Source of the DNA: the human T2T-CHM13v2.0 reference genome, Homo sapiens
Strand: one strand, 5' to 3'
NCBI RefSeq assembly: GCF_009914755.1
Contig: NC_060925.1
DNA: 64,000 bases
Part shown: positions 44,050 through 57,288 of the stretch, piece by piece
Position numbering within the stretch: the first letter of the stretch is position 1
Layout: each line of letters begins with the position of its first letter
Program-made: the position numbers and the translations under genes
Notes under the pieces: model-generated
The model's input: only the letters and a program-made list of their open reading frames with translations
What the model was told of the DNA's origin: nothing
Databases searched by the model: none

Positions 44050-45432
44050 ATTTTTTTGAGTTCCTTGTAGATTCTGGATAATAGTCCTTTGTTGGTTGCA
44101 TAGATTGTGAAGACTTTCTCCCACTCTGTGGGTTCTTTGTTTACTTTGCTGATTATTTCTTTTGCTGTGCAGAAGCTTTTTCGTTTAATTAAGTCCCATC
44201 TATTTATCTTTGTTTTTCTTGCATTTGCTTTTGGGTTCTTTGTCATGAACTCTTTGCCTAGGCCATGTCTAGATGAGTTTTTCCCATGTTATCTTCTAGA
44301 GTTTTTATGGTTTCAGGTCTTAGATGTAAGTCTTTGGTCCATCTGGAGTTGATTTTTGTATAAGGTGAGAGATGAGGATCCAGTTTCATTCTCCTACATG
44401 AGGCTTGCCAGTTATCCCAGCACCATGTGTTGAATAGGGTGTCCTTTCCCCACCTCATGTTTTTGTTTGCTTTGTTGAAGATTATTTGTCTGTAAGTATT
44501 TAGTTTTATTTCTGGGTTCTCTGTTCTATTGCATTGGTCTATGTGCCTATTTTTATACGAGTACCGTGCTATTTGAGTGACTATAGCCTTGTAGTGTAGT
44601 TTGAAGTCAGGTAATGTGATGCCTGCAGATTTGTTCTTTTTGCTTAGTCTTGCTTTGGCTATGTGGGCTGTTTTTTGGTTCCATATGACTTTTCAGATTG
44701 TTTTTTCTAGTTCTGTGAAGAACGATGATGGTATTTTGATGGGAATTGCATTGAATTTGTAGATTGCTTTTAGCAGTATAGTTATTTTCACAGCATTGAT
44801 TCTACCCATCCTTGAGCGTAGGTTGTGTTTTTCCATTTGTTTGTGTCATCTGATTTCTTTTAGCAGTGTTTTGTAGTTTTCCTTGTAGAGGTCTTTTACT
44901 TCCTTAGTTAGGTATATTCCTAGGTTTTGCAGCTATTGTAAAAGGGGTTGAGTTGTTGATTTGATTTGCAGCTTGTTTGCTGTTGCTGTATAGCAGTACT
45001 ACTGATTTATGTACATTGATTTTGTATCCTGAAACCTAACAGAATTCATTTATCAGATCTAGGAGCTTTTTGGATGAGTTTTTAGGGTTTTCTAGGTATA
45101 CAATCATATCATTTACTAACAGTGACAGGTTGACTTCCTCTTTACCAATTTGGATGCCTTTTAATTTCTCTTTTCTGACTGACTGTGGCTGGCTAGGGCT
45201 TCCACTACTATGTTGAATAGAAGTGGTGAAAGTGGGCATCCTTGTCTTTTTCCAGTTCTCATGGGGAATGCTTTCAACTTTTCCCCGTTCAGTATAACGT
45301 TGGCTGTGGGTTTGTCATGGATGGCTTTTATTACCTTCAAGTATGTTCCTTCTATGCTGATTTTGCTGAGTGTTTTCATCATAAAGGGATGCTGGATTTT
45401 GTCAGATGTTTTTTCTGCTTCTATTGAAGTGA

Positions 45433-45718
<286 letters not shown>

Positions 45719-48700
45719 TGATTTTTGTTTTTAATTCTGTTTATATGGTGTATCACATGTATTGACTTGTGTATATTAAACTATCCCTGCATCCCTGGTT
45801 TGAAATCCATTTGATCATGGTAGATTATCTTTTTGATATACTGTTGGATTTGGTTAGCTAGTATTTTGTTGAGGATTTTTGCATCTATGTTCATCAGGGA
45901 TATTGGTCTGTAGTTTTCTTTTTTGTCATGTCCTTTCCTGGTTTTGGTATTAGAGTGATACTGGCTTCATAGGATGATTTAGGGAGTATTCCCTCTTTCT
46001 CTTTTGGAATGGTTTCAGTAAGATTGGTACCAGTTCTTCTTTGAATGTCTGATAGAATTCAGCAGTGAATCCATCTGGTCCTGGACTTTTTCTTCTTGGC
46101 AATTTTTTTATTACCATTTCAATCTAAGTGCTTGTTATTGGTCTGTTCAGAGTTCTTATTTCTTCCTGGTTTAATCTAGGAGGGTTGTATATTTCCAGGA
46201 ATTTATCCATCTCCTCTAGGTTTTCTAGTTTGTGAGCACAAATGTGTTCATAGTAGCCTTGAATGATCTTTTGTATTTCTGTGGTATTCGTTGTTAATAT
46301 TTCCTGTTTCATTTCTAATTGAACTTATTTGGATCTTCTCTCTTCTTTTCTTGGTTAATCTCACTAATGGGCTATCAATTTTGTTTATCTTTTCAAAGAA
46401 CCAGCTTTTTGTTTCATTTATCTTTTGTATTTTGTTGTTGTTGTTTCATTTTTATTAAGTTCTACTCTGGTCTTTGTTATATCTTTCCTCCTCCTGGGTT
46501 TGGGTTTGGTTTGTTCTTATTTCTCTAGTTCTTGAGGTGTGACCTTAGATTGTCAATTTGTGCTCTTTCAGACTTTTTGATGTAGGCACTTAATGCTGTG
46601 AACTTTCCTCTTAGCACTGCTTTTGCTGTATCTTAGAGGTTTTGTTAGGTTGTGTCACTTTTTTCATTCAGTTCAAAGAATTTTTTTAATTTCCAGCTTG
46701 ATTTTGATTTCATTATTGACCCAAAGATCATTCAGGAGCGGATTATTTAATGTTGCATGGTTCTAAGAATTCCCTTTGGAGTTGACTTCCAATTTTATTC
46801 CACTATGGTCTGAGAGAGTACTTGATATAATTTTGATTTTCTTAAATTTATTGAGACTTGTTTTGTGGCCTATCATATGGTCTCTATCTTGGAGAATGTT
46901 CCATGAATGTTCTGATGAATAGAATGTATATTCTGCAGTTGTTGGGTAGAATATTCTGTAAATACCTGTTAAGTCCATTTGTTCTAGGGTATAAGTCCAT
47001 TGTTTCTATGTTGACTTACTGTATTGAAGTCCCCCACTATGAGATGAGATTCTATTTTTGTGTATTTCAAGGTTTTGCTCTAAGATTTAGAACTCCTTTT
47101 AGCAGTTTTTGTAAACTATGCTGGCTTGGTAGTGGCAAATTCTCTCAGCGTTTGAAAAAGACTTTCATCTTGTCTTCATTTATGAAGCTTAGTTTCACTG
47201 GATACAAAATTCTTGGCTGATAATTATTTTGTCAGCTAATAATTATTTAATAAGGCTAAAGATAAGACCTTTATCCCCTCTAGCTTGTAGAGTATCTGCT
47301 GTTAATCTGATAGGTTTTTCCTTTACAGGTTACCTGATGCTTTTGCCTCCCAGCTCTTAAGATTTTTTCCTTCATCTTGACTTTAGATAGCCTGATGACT
47401 GTGTGTCTAGGTGATGATCTTTTTGTGATGAATTTCCTGGGTGTTCTTTGAGCTTCTTGTATTTGGATGTCTAGATCTCGAGCAAGGCCAGAGAAGTTTT
47501 TATTCTTTTGCCTTTGTCTTTGTTGAATTGGGTTAATTCAAGAGCCTTGTCTTTGAGCTCCAAAATTCTTTCTTCTACTTGTTTGGTTCTATTGTTAAAA
47601 CTTTCCAGTGTATTTTGCATTTCTCTAAATGTGTCTTTCATTTCCAGAAGTCATGATTGTTTTTTATTTATGATATCTATTTCTCTGGAGATTTTTTTCG
47701 TCTACATCCTGTTTTGTTTTATTTTTAAATTTAAGTTGGTTTTCATCTTTCTCTGGTGCTTCCTTGAGTAGCTTAATAATTGACCTTCTAAATTCTTTTC
47801 TGGCAATTCAAAGATTTATTATTGGTTTGGATCCATTGCTGGTAAGCTAGTATAATCTTTTAGGGGTGGTTATAGAACCTTGTTTTGTCATATTACCTGA
47901 ATTGTTTTTCTGGTTCCTTCTCGTTTGGGTGGACTATGTCAGAAGAAAGATCTGGGACTCAATGTGTGCTGTTTAAATTCTTTTGTCCCACAGAGTGATC
48001 CCTTGGTGTGGTGCTCTCCCCCTTCCCTAGGGGTGGGGCTTTCTGAGAGCTGGACTGCAGTGATTGTTATTGCTCTTCTGGGTCGAGCCACCCAGCAGAG
48101 CTACTGGGTTCTAGGCTGGTACTGGAGAGTGTCTGCTAAGAGTCCTGTGATGTGATCTGTCTTCAGGTCTGTATGCCATGGATACTAGCACCTGCTCTAA
48201 TGGAGGTGGTAGGAAAGGAGTGAAGTGGACTGTGTGAGAGTACTTGGTTGTAGTTTTATTTAGTGTACTGGTTGTCTTGAATGCTAGTTATACTAGCACT
48301 GAAGTTATTACATGGACAGACTCAGGACCTCTGGTTGGCCAAGATGTTACAGGCAGTAGAATTAGCTGTTATTTTCTGCTTTCTTGGAGCAGGGTTGTTC
48401 TGTTGAATTGCTGTAATGGCTTGAATTGGTTGGCCTCCAGCCAGGAGGTGGCACTTTCAAGAGAGTATCAACTGCAGTAGTATAGCGGGGGATATAAGCT
48501 TGCCTTACGGTTTCCTGGATAGGTTTTCGGGCTTCTCAGGCAATGAGCAGGGCCCCACGAGTTTTTGTCTTTTGTTTACGGCTACCAGGGCGGTTAGAGA
48601 AAGACCATCTGGTGGGGGCAGGGATAGTGTGTCTGAGCTCAGACTCCTTGGGCAGGGCTTGCTGTGGCCTCTGGGCGATGGGAGTGGTGGTTAACAGGCC

Positions 48701-49298
48701 AATGGAGTTACGTTCTAAGGGAGATTATGGCTGCCTCTGCTGCTTCATACACATCACCAGGGAAATAGGGGAAAGCCGGCAGTGACAGACCACAGCCAGC
48801 AAGGCCAGTCTCACTCCTGCAGTGCTTCCCCAACAGCCAACAGAACCAAATTTATATCCATGCCTCCAGTGCACAGGGTGGAGATCTTGCCCTAGACTAC
48901 AAAACTCCCCGCCGAGAAAGCAAGCAGGGCTGTTAGGCCTTGTCCATCTGCCTGCCACAGCTTCTGTGCTCATATCTGCACTTCCTATTTGTCCCATCCC
49001 CCTGCAGATTCTGCCCAGGAAAATTCACGCTCAGTTGAAATCATTACAAAGTTCAGCTGAAAGTCTCCTTCTCCCTATGGTCCTTCCCCAATTCCATTGG
49101 CTGCCCTCTCCAAAGACCCCTGTGAGATAGTCAGAAATGGTTTCCCTGGGGACCAGGAGTGCCTACAGGGCTCTTCCTGCTGCTGCTTCTACTTTTATAT
49201 TTTGTTTGGCTCTCTAAATTCATTTCAGTTCTCCTTCTCCCATGATCTGGATCCTCAGTGAGGATGTGTGCAGAAGTGGACTTTACCCCTCTCACACT

Positions 49299-49757
<459 letters not shown>

Positions 49758-50333
49758 CCCTCTCACACTTTGGGCACTCAATTTTTCTGCTATCTTGTGG
49801 ATTTTGCAGCAGCAAGCCACTTCTTTCAAAGGATCTGTTAATTCTTTTGTTTTTTCTGGTATGTTCCTGCGATAGTTCTTGGAGCCAAAGTTCACTATGT
49901 GAGTCTCCACATGCTGTTCTGTCTGTCTGAGTGGCAAATTAGTCCTGCCTCCTATCTGCCACTTTCCCCTTAAATCAGTCTCATTTTTGTAAAGAAAAAA
50001 GTTGAGATGTATAGTATGTATCACATGCACAAATATAGAAAGTATGCTAAACATGGTTTACGTAAGTGCTTTAAATTTTTTCTCTTTATGTTTTTCGGTA
50101 TTTTGTCGATTTTTACAAGTATATATTTTATAATGGGATAGTTGGGAGGTTGGTGACTTGGAAAAGAGAAAGGAAAATGATAAAAGGGTGTGGTTGGAAT
50201 CAAGTGATGTATACCTACTTACTGGCAAATTGACCCTTAGATGATTAGGTTAGCTATGATTTTTCTTGATGAGAATTTAGGGACTTTGTATGGCTTTCAC
50301 TTCTGATCTTCATGATCCTCTCCTCTTTTTCAG

Positions 50334-51166
50334 TAACAGTAACGAGTAGCCAGAGTACTCCTGCCAAAGCCCCCAGGGTAAAGTGCAATCCATCCAATTC
50401 TTCCCCGTCATCCGCAGCTTGTGCCCCAAGCTGTGCTGGAGACCTCCCTCTTCCTTCAAATACTCCTACGTTCTCTATTAAAACCTCTCCTGCCAAGGCC
50501 CGGTCTCCCATCAACAGAAGAGGCTCTGTCTCCTCCGTCTCTCCCAAGCCACCTTCATCTTTCAAGATGTCGATTAGAAACTGGGTGACCCGAACACCTT
50601 CCTCATCACCACCCATCACTCCACCTGCTTCGGAGACCAAGATCATGTCTCCGAGAAAAGCCCTTATTCCTGTGAGCCAGAAGTCATCCCAAGCAGAGGC
50701 TTGCTCTGAGTCTAGAAATAGAGTAAAGAGGAGGCTAGACTCAAGCTGTCTGGAGAGTGTGAAACAAAAGTGTGTGAAGAGTTGTAACTGTGTGACTGAG
50801 CTTGATGGCCAAGTTGAAAATCTTCATTTGGATCTGTGCTGCCTTGCTGGTAACCAGGAAGACCTTAGTAAGGACTCTCTAGGTCCTACCAAATCAAGCA
50901 AAATTGAAGGAGCTGGTACCAGTATCTCAGAGCCTCCGTCTCCTATCAGTCCGTATGCTTCAGAAAGCTGTGGAACGCTACCTCTTCCTTTGAGACCTTG
51001 TGGAGAAGGGTCTGAAATGGTAGGCAAAGAGAATAGTTCCCCAGAGAATAAAAACTGGTTGTTGGCCATGGCAGCCAAACGGAAGGCTGAGAATCCATCT
51101 CCACGAAGTCCGTCATCCCAGACACCCAATTCCAGGAGACAGAGCGGAAAGACATTGCCAAGCCCG
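50334..51166 (+). CDS. DTL: DTL exon 14 (833 nt): Ser/Pro-rich C-terminal region with many S/T-P sites, including T464 (ACT 50462-50464)
   Basis: ctctttttcag|TA ... CCG|gtaagt; core of ORF-track hit 50312..51382. Confidence 0.98.
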
Positions 51167-52924
51167 GTAAGTCAGCAGTGGTGGGAAGATACATTTCCTA
51201 ACTTAAAAGGGGCCAGACACCCAGATGTCTCAAGTCAGGATGCTTTTTTTTTTTTTTTAAAGAAAGAAATCTATTTATTCCTAGTGCTGCCAAATTCAGC
51301 ACATAAATACAAAACAAATTTTGCATGGGCCATATTTTTAGTAAAAATGTTTTATGCTAAGAAACTATTTTTGTTTGTCTGAAATTCAAATGTAACTGAA
51401 TGTGCTGTATTTTATCTGGCAACTCTACTTACTCCCATTAAAATCCCTCCTGTCAGGGTCCATACTCCTCAGCCCTGTTGCCTGATTGACCAAAGCCTTC
51501 ATCATGCTCCAGGATATCAATTCAAAAATATCTCCCCTCTCCTGTTAGACAGTATGCCATCCTCTTTTTATAGATAAAGCTGTTGTTCATGGGAAAGTTG
51601 CCAACATCCATAAGTAGATTTCCAGTTTGTAATTCCATTTTGTGATTATTTAAAATACAGTGAAACTTAGATACTTACAAAACAATTTGAGTGCAAAATC
51701 TTTCTAGATTTTTATGACTTCTCCACAATCTTTTATAATCATTTTGCCACACCACAGTAATACTTTTGACACCTATATCTATTCTTTTTAACATTCAGTG
51801 TAGTGTCACTTATCTTTTTAGGACTCATTTCATTGACTGACTTAATATTTAAATTAGATAATATCAGTCATCAGTGATTGATGGCAGAAATAGGTTTGTG
51901 AACCTTGAAAAACAAGATTCATTACAGTGGTGGAGGCAGAAGTAGCTGAGTGCATTGGGTGAGCTATGGGCACCAGTCAGAGAGAATAAAAAGCTTCTGT
52001 TGTTTGCATGTGAAGGGGAGATGGGTTAAGGAAGTTTCCACTGTACTTCACAGTAGCTCTTGTGGTGGCGGGATGATTGAAATAGAATCCAGAATCATGA
52101 TCAGCATCATCTGCCATTTTAAAGGGCAGAAGCTAGATAACCAACCTTAGGCCAGTTTTAGTTTAAAAAGTGTTCATAACCCCGACCTGCTCTCATGAAG
52201 ACCTATCCCATAATTTTAGAAAAATAAACTGATAGATTTTAAAGACAACTTAGTACACAAACTGCAATCAAGACCTTGCTGTAGAAAGTGGAGAAAAAAG
52301 ACAGTTATAAGGAATCTTTCCTTCTCTCAAAATTATGACTGCTCTTTATCCCTAGCCAAAATTTCTATTTTTTTTTTCAAGGGAGCTGGTCTCAGCTATG
52401 TGTTAGCAGAAAAGTAGTTTCAATGAAAAACTATTTTCACTGATACATAAATCTTAAAATCTTTAAAAAGTAGAAACAGTGTGCTGGTCTTGTAATTTAT
52501 TTGAAGCTAACATTTCTTAAAAATTTTTTACCTTTATATGATGATAATGTCAACCTTCAGAAGAGAGTAACATCTTCCATTTGAATACCTATCTTGTTTA
52601 TAAATTGGGGGGGCTGATTTATTCATTTATTTCAAAAAGGATAGTAATTGTAACTTATTTGTTTCTTATTAGGAGACTTAGCTAGTAAATGTTTTCTATT
52701 CACATAAGAAGTCTATGCCTTCTTTCCCTACATATCATCTGTTAAGTTTTTACTATAGTCAGTACAAATCAGCCAAAAGAGACATTGCCATTGAAAGTAT
52801 TTGGAGCTGAAAGCAGGCTAAACAATGAAATTTCTGGCAGCCTAATTTAAGGTATGCCTTAGTAATAACTTAGTAACAGTTGAACTTCAAGGAAATCTCT
52901 GAAATCTAAACTTTCTTCTTCTAG

Positions 52925-53023
52925 GTCACCATCACGCCCAGCTCCATGAGGAAAATCTGCACATACTTCCATAGAAAGTCCCAGGAGGACTTCTGTGGTC
53001 CTGAACACTCAACAGAATTATAG
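52925..53023 (+). CDS. DTL: DTL exon 15 coding part: VTITPSSMRKICTYFHRKSQEDFCGPEHSTEL*, with PIP-box-like MRKICTYF at 52946-52969
   Basis: ttcttcttctag|GTC; stop TAG 53021-53023; matches the known CDT2 C-terminus. Confidence 0.97.
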   Translation, partial: VTITPSSMRKICTYFHRKSQEDFCGPEHSTEL

Positions 53024-53043
53024 ATTCTAATCTGAGTGAGTTA

Positions 53044-53093
53044 CTGAGCTTTGGTCCACTAAAACAAGCTGAGCTTTGGTCCACTAAAACAAG
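53044..53093 (+). repeat. Perfect 25-bp tandem duplication in DTL 3'UTR
   Basis: CTGAGCTTTGGTCCACTAAAACAAG x2. Confidence 0.97.
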
Positions 53094-54024
53094 ATGAAAA
53101 ATACAAGAGTGACTCTATAACTCTGGTCTTTAAGAAAGCTGCCTTTTCATTTTTAGACAAAATCTTTTCAACGCTGAAATGTACCTAATCTGGTTCTACT
53201 ACCATAATGTATATGCAGCTTCCCGAGGATGAATGCTGTGTTTAAATTTCATAAAGTAAATTTGTCACTCTAGCATTTTGAATGAATAGTCTTCACTTTT
53301 TAAATTATTCATCTTCTCTATAATAATGACATCCCAGTTCATGGAGGCAAAAAACAAGTTTCTTGTTATCCTGAAACTTTCTATGCTCAGTGGAAAGTAT
53401 CTGCCAGCCACAGCATGAGGCCTGTGAAGGCTGACTGAGAAATCCTCTGCTGAAGACCCCTGGTTCTGTTCTGCCTCCAACATGTATAATTTTATTTGAA
53501 ATACATAATCTTTTCACTATGCTTTTGTGGGGTTTTTTTTAAGTATGTGTAAAAATGTGATGCTCAGATAAGTACATTTATATCAGTTCAGTGTTAAAAT
53601 GCAGTCTCTTGAGTTAAAGTCATCTTTATTTTAAATGCAGTGATAAATGTCAACTCTTCGGAGAAACTAGGAGAACAACAACAGAAAGCTGTGTTTGTCT
53701 TTTTTCTCTCAAATATATCTCCCGTATGAGATTTCAGGTCCCCATGTTTTCACCAAGCAATCTGCTATGTCAGCCAACCCAACATCACTTTCTACAGGAG
53801 GTTATGATTTTTGCCATTTACTAGAGGAAGATGTTTTATGAAATCAATTTGGGGTTTGAATTCAGGTGCAGTCATCAGTTCTTTAGGGGCTGCAATGTTT
53901 TAAAAAAAATAAGTCATCAGATTTTAAGAAAAAAGTGATGATTTCTTATTGATATTTTTGTAACAGAATATAGCTCTTAACTGAAAATCCAGAACCAGAA
54001 ACATAAATCTTGAGTTTCTTTTCA

Positions 54025-54032
54025 TGTACATA
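54025..54032 (+). promoter_or_regulatory. Pumilio response element TGTACATA in 3'UTR
   Basis: Exact UGUAHAUA match; motif only. Confidence 0.35.
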
Positions 54033-54329
54033 AAAAGCAATAGCCTTTTAGTATAGATAGCCCTGAGCCAAAAAGTAATAGAATTTTCTCTAGATATTTA
54101 ATACAGAGAGTGTATAGACTGACTCTAAGTTAATAATGTGCAAAATATCTTAAACATCCCTCCCCTTATTCAACAATTATGTATCAGTGATCTTGAACCA
54201 TTGTTTTATATTTTTCACCTTTGTAACCTCATGGAAAGAGGCTTTACATACTTTCTATGTACTATTTACTTAGAAGGGAGCCCCCTTCCAGTCATGAAAC
54301 TTCATTTGTTTTATCCATATCCCTGAGGA

Positions 54330-54373
54330 CTGTGTAGACTTTATGTCAGTTCTGTGTAGACTTTATGTCAGTT
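54330..54373 (+). repeat. Perfect 22-bp tandem duplication in DTL 3'UTR
   Basis: CTGTGTAGACTTTATGTCAGTT x2. Confidence 0.97.
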
Positions 54374-54865
54374 TTTGTCATTATTTGAAAATCTATTCTG
54401 ACAACTTTTTAATTCCTTTGATCTTATAAGTTAAAGCTGTAACAACTGAAATTGCATGGATCAAGTAAGCATAGTTTTATCCAGGGAGAAAAATAAAAGG
54501 AAGCCATAGAATTGCTCTGGTCAAAACCAATCACACCATAGCCTTAACTGAATATTTAGGAAATCTGCCTAATCTGCTTATATTTGGTGTTTGTTTTTTG
54601 ACTGTTGGGCTTTGGGAAGATGTTATTTATGACCAATATCTGCCAGTAACGCTGTTTATCTCACTTGCTTTGAAAGCCAATGGGGGAAAAAAATCCATGA
54701 AAAAAAAAAGATTGATAAAGTAGATGATTTTGTTTGTATCCCTACCCATCTCCTGGCAGCCCTACTGAGTGAAATTGGGATACATTTGGCTGTCAGAAAT
54801 TATACCGAGTCTACTGGGTATAACATGTCTCACTTGGAAAGCTAGTACTTTTAAATGGGTGCCAA

Positions 54866-54872
54866 AGGTCAA
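54866..54872 (+). promoter_or_regulatory. miR-192/215 7mer-A1 seed match (AGGTCAA) in DTL 3'UTR
   Basis: Complement of seed UGACCU plus A1. DTL is a reported miR-215 target (recalled); that this is the functional site is inference. Confidence 0.4.
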
Positions 54873-54931
54873 CTGTAATGAGATAATTATCCCTGCCTGT
54901 GTCCATGTCAGACTTTGAGCTGATCCTGAAT

Positions 54932-54937
54932 AATAAA
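54932..54937 (+). terminator. Polyadenylation signal AATAAA (likely main DTL site; alternatives at 54492, 55092, 55638)
   Basis: gaataATAAAgcc context followed by a U/GU-rich tract (tgtccttttctgagctttttg). Confidence 0.65.
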
Positions 54938-56988
54938 GCCTTTTACCTTATCTGATGTCCTTTTCTGAGCTTTTTGCATTACCTAGAAGCAGTCTACAAA
55001 AAAGAACTATAGTAGTCAAGAATCCCTTCTACTTGTTCATTAAAATGTTTATTCCCAAAGTTATAATCTATTTCAAGCTGAAAGAGCTTTTAATAAAAAA
55101 CATCTTGCTTGGATCAGACTTTGAGCATTTAAGATGGCTTGGATTACTTGATAAAGCAGGGTGGAGTGATGTAGTTCTTTTTCTAAACAAGTATTTCCAG
55201 CACAAACTTTTCCATTTGAATACATTCCAAGCACTATTGCTAGGATCCCGTATTAGAGTTTGCTTTTGGCTGTTTCAACACGGGCCCTTAATTAAATTTT
55301 GTGAGGATGACTGATTAGTGTCTTCAAATGTCTCTTCATCTGGACTGCACATTTAACTGATGTTGGATCAAGACCATGTGTAGCTACTCTTGTGTTGAGG
55401 GTCAGCCCATTATCCCCATCCCCAGCCCTAACAGCTTAAAACAGCTTTAACTCCCATCTTGAAATTAGCCTATGGCCATGTTCATAACATAGGTAGTGTG
55501 TGGGTTCAACAAATGCTTTTTGAGAGCCTGTCATAGCCAACACACTACTGCTCTTAAGTCTGTTTTTCTGCTTTTCCTAGTCCCTAGTTCCTTTTACATT
55601 GCTCTTAAAGCAAAGGCCAAGTAGTCTAACAGAGAAAAATAAATTCCACAACTAAGATAGTGTGGGCAACATTTTACAAATGTGTGTCAGAAGACAGACT
55701 GAGTGAAAGCATTGTACTAGAAAAACTGAGTTAATTTCCTCCCTATGGCAATTCAACACAAGTGGTTTCTGCTTCATAATTCCATAAAGGGCTAAATGTA
55801 GGCCCAGTTGAGCTCTTGCATTAGATCTCATTGCTTCTCACACAGGTCTTCACAGGGAATTCTTTGCCTGCCCTAGGTTTGGATCATGCCACATTACCAA
55901 TTAACCCATTACTCATAAAATTCTCAGGGATTATGGTAAAAAAATTGGATTATGCATCAGTTCTTTAGATATTGGTTGGAAGTTATAGGCAGGCTGAACA
56001 CATTTTGTTGGACTTGAGTTAAGTTTAATGCTTTGATGCCTGGAATACGACCCCAGCTTGTTATAAGTTAACCATTTTGTTCCCTAAAGTGGTAGCAAAA
56101 CCTGTTTTATTTCTGAGCTGTGTTTGAGTGCAAGCTAAAAAGTGTAGGGGTTGTTAAGAAATGATATAAGATAAATTCAGCCTTTAAAAAAGAAATCACC
56201 TGAGCATATTAAGCAGCTTGTTTATATTGGTATGCCTGCAGCAAGCATATACATCACAAATGAGAGATATTGTGTTATTAAAGAATAGGCTTACTTGATC
56301 CCCAAAGTTCATCCCTTGCTAAGCCAGGAAAGAGGATTTTTAGGGTATGCAACCAGGTTCTTCACTTTGAATGTAAAAGGTTTAATATTCCATTTGTACT
56401 CCATTTCTCTTTAATTTCCTTAACTTGCCACATGCCCCTTTGTTTTGACATTCTGAATAGTTTATATTCAAGCCATTTTGTGAAATATGAATAGCACATT
56501 TCAAAATGCCTTTGATTGGAAGGCGTTTAAGTCAGCCAACATTTACATATCACCTGGGTGCCAAGCCCTGTGTGTGAGGCACCTGGTCTGCAAAGAGTTC
56601 CTTTCTTTATTTTCAGTTGCCAAAGGAGTCACTTTAATACTTCAGTAGGCCAGAGTCAGCATTTGAGAGAAACAGCAAAGATCAGATTTCAAGTCCTTTG
56701 AGTAAAGTTGTTTGTAATCAGCTATTATGTAGCAAGTACTGTCTAGAAGCCTACTTTTCCTCCAGGAACTTAATTCAGCAGCTGCTTAGAACTTTTAACT
56801 TCTCAAAGTAAAATACTTTTTGGATACATGTTTTTATTATATTCCTTATAAGGTTATAAATAATGGTTGAAAACATGATCCCTAGTGCCACACTGTCTAG
56901 CTTTAAATCCAAGCCCTAACTGTGTCCGTGGACAAGTTACTTAACCCTTCTGTGAATGAGTTTCCTACCTTAAAATGGAATTATGTGG

Positions 56989-57288
56989 GGCCGGACACAG
57001 TGGCTTATGCCTGTAATCCCAGCACTTTGGGAGGCCGAGGCGGGCAGATCACAAGGTCAGGCAATTGAGACCACCCTGGCCAACATGGTGAAACCCCATC
57101 TCTACTAAAAATACAAAAATTAGCTGGGCTTGGTGGTTCACGCCTGTAATCCCAGCCACTCGGGAGGCTGAGGCAGGAGAATCGCTTGAACCAGGGAGTC
57201 AAGTGGTTGCAGTGAGCCGAGATTGTGCCACTGCACTCCAGCCTGATGACAGAGCGAGACTCCGTCTAAAAAAAAAAAAAAAAAAAAA
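56989..57288 (+). mobile_element. AluS inserted in a MIR (about 56870-57350)
   Basis: Alu dimer; MIR core ggacaagttacttaaccc...aaaatgg on the left and acagtgcctggcacata on the right. Confidence 0.92.

Larger units (their letters stand above)
53024..54960 (+). other. DTL: DTL 3'UTR (3' end approximate)
   Basis: AT-rich unique sequence after the stop, free of interspersed repeats; AATAAA at 54492 and 54932. Confidence 0.75.

Noticed and set aside
50254-51194. - strand ORFs of 130, 101 and 82 aa
   Set aside because: Antisense shadows of GC-richer DTL exon 14.
52922-52928. TAGGTCA miR-192/215 7mer-m8 site
   Set aside because: Spans the intron 14/exon 15 junction, so it is absent from mature mRNA.
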